Shown here in pieces: positions 61,320 to 64,000 of a stretch of DNA of 64,000 nt. Each line of letters starts with the position of its first letter. Position 1 is the stretch's first letter. Position numbers and translations under genes: made by a program. The notes below the pieces were generated by a model. The model saw only the letters and a list, made by a program, of their open reading frames with translations. It ran no database searches and was not told the DNA's origin. The stretch is from Mobula birostris (Eukaryota), in NCBI RefSeq assembly GCF_030028105.1, contig NC_092384.1:17429629-17493628 (forward strand), in the 5' to 3' direction.

Positions 61320-63155
61320 CACCGACTACTTGCCAACCTACAGGAGCTACAGGGAGGTAGTCATGCCTAGCCTACAGGGGTCTGAAAACTGGGTCACTGT
61401 CAAGAAGGGGAAGGGAAATGCCCGGATAGTGGAGAGCACACCTGTAGCTGTCCGCCTCAGCAACGAGTATCTTGTTCTGGATGCTATTGAGGGGGATGAC
61501 CTGACGGGGGTCGCCCATGGTGACCGGGTCTCTGGCACTCAGCCTGGCGCTGTTGTGCTGGAGAGAAGGATGGAGAAGAGGAATGCGGTAGTCGTAGGGG
61601 ATTCCATAGTCAAGGGAACGGAGAGGAGATACTGTGAGCCTGATAGAGATCCCCGCATGGTGTGCTGCCTCCAGGTGCCAGGGTGCGAGATGTCTCGGAT
61701 CGAGTCCTGAATATTCTGAGGGGGGAGGGTGAGCAGCCAATTGTCTTGGTACATGTTGGTACCAATGACATAGATAGGACAAACGAGGAGGTTCTGAAGA
61801 TAATTTCTGGGAGTTAGGAAGAAGCTGAGAAGCAGCACCTCCAGGGTAGTAATCTCGGGATTGCTACCTGTGCCACGTGCTAGCGAGGGCAAGAATAGTA
61901 GCATCAGGCAGGTGAACGGGTGGCTGAGGGAATGCTGCAGGGAGCAGGGCGTCAGAATCTTGGATAATTGGGATCTCTTCTGGGGGAAGTATGACCTGTT
62001 CAAAAAGAACGGGTTACACCTGAACCCGAAGGGGACCAATATCCTGGCGGGAAAGTTTAATAGAGCTGTCAGGGAGGTTTTAAACTAATTTGGCAGGGGG
62101 ATGGGAACCGGAATGACAGTGCGGAGGAAGGGGAAAACAGAAATAAATCTAAGATTGTGAGCAGTAAAGATGTCAGGAAAGTCAGGCAGGTGATGGGGCA
62201 ATGGGAGGTTAGTTAGAAAAATTCAGTCGCCAGGTATACATGGAGAGGTGGTAAATTGGATTAGACATTGGCTCAATGAAAGAAGCCAAAGAGTGGTAGT
62301 AGAGAATTGCTTCTCTGAGTGGAGGCCTGTGACTAGTGGTGTGCCACAAGGATCAGTGCTGGGTCCATTGTTATTTGTCATCTATATCAATGATCTGGAT
62401 GATAATGTGGTAAATTGGATCAGCAAATTTGCTGATGATACAAAGATTGAGGGTGTAGTAGACAGTGAGGAAGGTTTTCAGAGCCTGCAGAGGGACTTGG
62501 ACCAGCTGGAAAAATGGGCTGAAAAATGGCAGATGGAGTTTAATACAGACAAGTGTGAGGTATTGCACGTTGGAAGGACAAACCAAGGTAGAACATACAG
62601 GGTTAATGGTAAGGCACTGAGGAGTGCAGTAGAACAGAGGGATCTGGGAATACAGATACAAAATTCCCTAAAAGTGGCGTCACAGGTAGATAGGGTCGTA
62701 AAGAGAGCTTTTGGTGCATTGGACATTATTCATCAAAGTATTGTGTATAAGAGCTGGATTGTTATGATGAGGTTGTATAAGGCATTGATGAGGCCGAATC
62801 TGGAGTATTGTGTTCAATTTTGGTCGCCAAATTACAGGAAGGATATAAATAAGGTTGAAAGAGTGCAGAGAAGGTTTACAAGGATGTTGCCGGGACTTGA
62901 GAAACTCAGTTACAGAGAAAGGTTGAATAGGTTAGGACTTTATTCCCTGGAGCGTAGAAGAATGAGGGGAGATTTGATTGAGGTATATAATATTATGATG
63001 GGTGTAGATAGAGTGAATGCAAGTAGGCTTTTTCCACTGAGGCAAGGGGAGAAAAAAACCAGAGGACATGGGTTAAGGGAGAGGGGGGAAAAGTGTAAAG
63101 GGAATATTAGGGGGGGGGGCTTCTTCACACAGAGAGTGCTGGGAGTATGGAGCCT
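61320..63155 (+). mobile_element. Internally deleted CR1: ORF1 SGNH/GDSL esterase domain (61330-62088) fused to the RT C-terminal half (62248-63159)
   Basis: VVGDSIVKG, HVGTND, VISGLLPVPRAS and GLHLNPKG, then GVPQGSVLGP, KFADDTK and YCVQFWSP. Confidence 0.9.
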
Positions 63156-63159
63156 TTAG

Positions 63160-63460
63160 AGGAAAGATGTGATGCAAAGTGCGAAATCCTGTGGATGATT
63201 GGGTTGGGAATGACGTAAGAAGCAGGGGTTTGACGGGTGGAAAGGATAAACGTTGTAAGAAGGAATCAGAATGGGAGGACAGTGGACCCTGCAAAATGGA
63301 AGAAAAAGGAGCACGGGTGGGGTGGGGTGTGATGGGCTGATGATGAGAAGAGAAGAGGTGAAAGGGAACCGGAATGGGGAATGGAAAAGAGATAGCACGG
63401 AATGATGGGGACATTCCCAATTGTTAGAGAAATCGACTCTTGTGCCTTCCGGTTGAAATA
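63160..63460 (-). mobile_element. Penelope-like 3' fragment
   Basis: Purine-rich plus strand and TTAGAGAAATCGA, the reverse of the IDFSN end. Confidence 0.5.
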
Positions 63461-63484
63461 AAATACCATCTTACCATATAAAAG

Positions 63485-63800
63485 TTACAGCAAGGAAACA
63501 ATCCATCTGGGCCCTTCTCGTCCGTGCCGAACTCTTACTCACCTAGTCCCACCGACCTGCACTCAGTATATAACCATATAACAATTACAGCACATAAAAA
63601 GGCCATCTCGGCCCTTCTAGTCCGAAAAATATTATGTTTGCACCATAATGTTATGTTCCCTGGGATACTCCGGTTTCCTCCTACACTCCAAAGACTTACG
63701 GGTTAGTAGTTTAGTTCGTCACATGGGCACATGGGTGTGATTAGGCGGTGTGGACTTGTACCGGAAGGCCCTGTAACTGTGTTCTATTGCTAAAGTAAAT
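63485..63800. repeat. Tandem CR1 tail fragments (63485-63625, -) and a V-SINE-like core (63655-63800, +)
   Basis: The tail matches 57320-57420; core TACTCCGGTTTCCTCCTACACTCCAAAGAC. Confidence 0.65.
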
Positions 63801-64000
63801 CTATTTCATAAGCACGCTGATCTCTCTGCTTTACCAGATAATAGCTAATGCACTCTTCCTGCTATCGATCTTTGCGAAATGCTTTGCTCTCCCTCTGGTT
63901 TAGTGAAGCAAAGGCAGTGGTGTGCTCAAACGGGGCTTGTTCAACCTTTTGGAAAATTATATTTAATATAGCTAACTGATAGAGAGGTCAGCGATCATAC

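Overview
This is eukaryotic, intron- and repeat-rich DNA, not a prokaryotic window. The repeat families (several CR1 LINE subfamilies, Rex1/L2-type LINEs, Penelope-like tails, Tc1-derived and V-SINE-like elements) point by inference to a cartilaginous fish, probably a ray. Much of the window is transposon debris, and almost all long ORFs in the track derive from it. The clearest host gene is on the minus strand: an intact single-exon VJ-type immunoglobulin V domain (9780-10085) resembling the NKp30/NCR3-like family. It can be joined in phase to two leader exons (13817-13848, 11232-11272), with an octamer and an ETS site just upstream. A diverged copy of that promoter and first exon lies at 28.7-28.9 kb. 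It is followed by a hydrophobic exon and a C-terminal ITIM-like exon, but I found no V exon there. The best-defined mobile elements are an 8.57-kb Gmr1-type (integrase-before-RT) LTR element in LTR-internal-LTR-internal-LTR form with TSD, PBS and PPT, a TRIM-like mini LTR element with a solo LTR of the same family, and a Sola2-like transposase relic. There are no CRISPR arrays, rRNA or true tRNA genes. All exon calls other than the V exon were made by eye and need transcript support. Repeat boundaries without TSDs are approximate.
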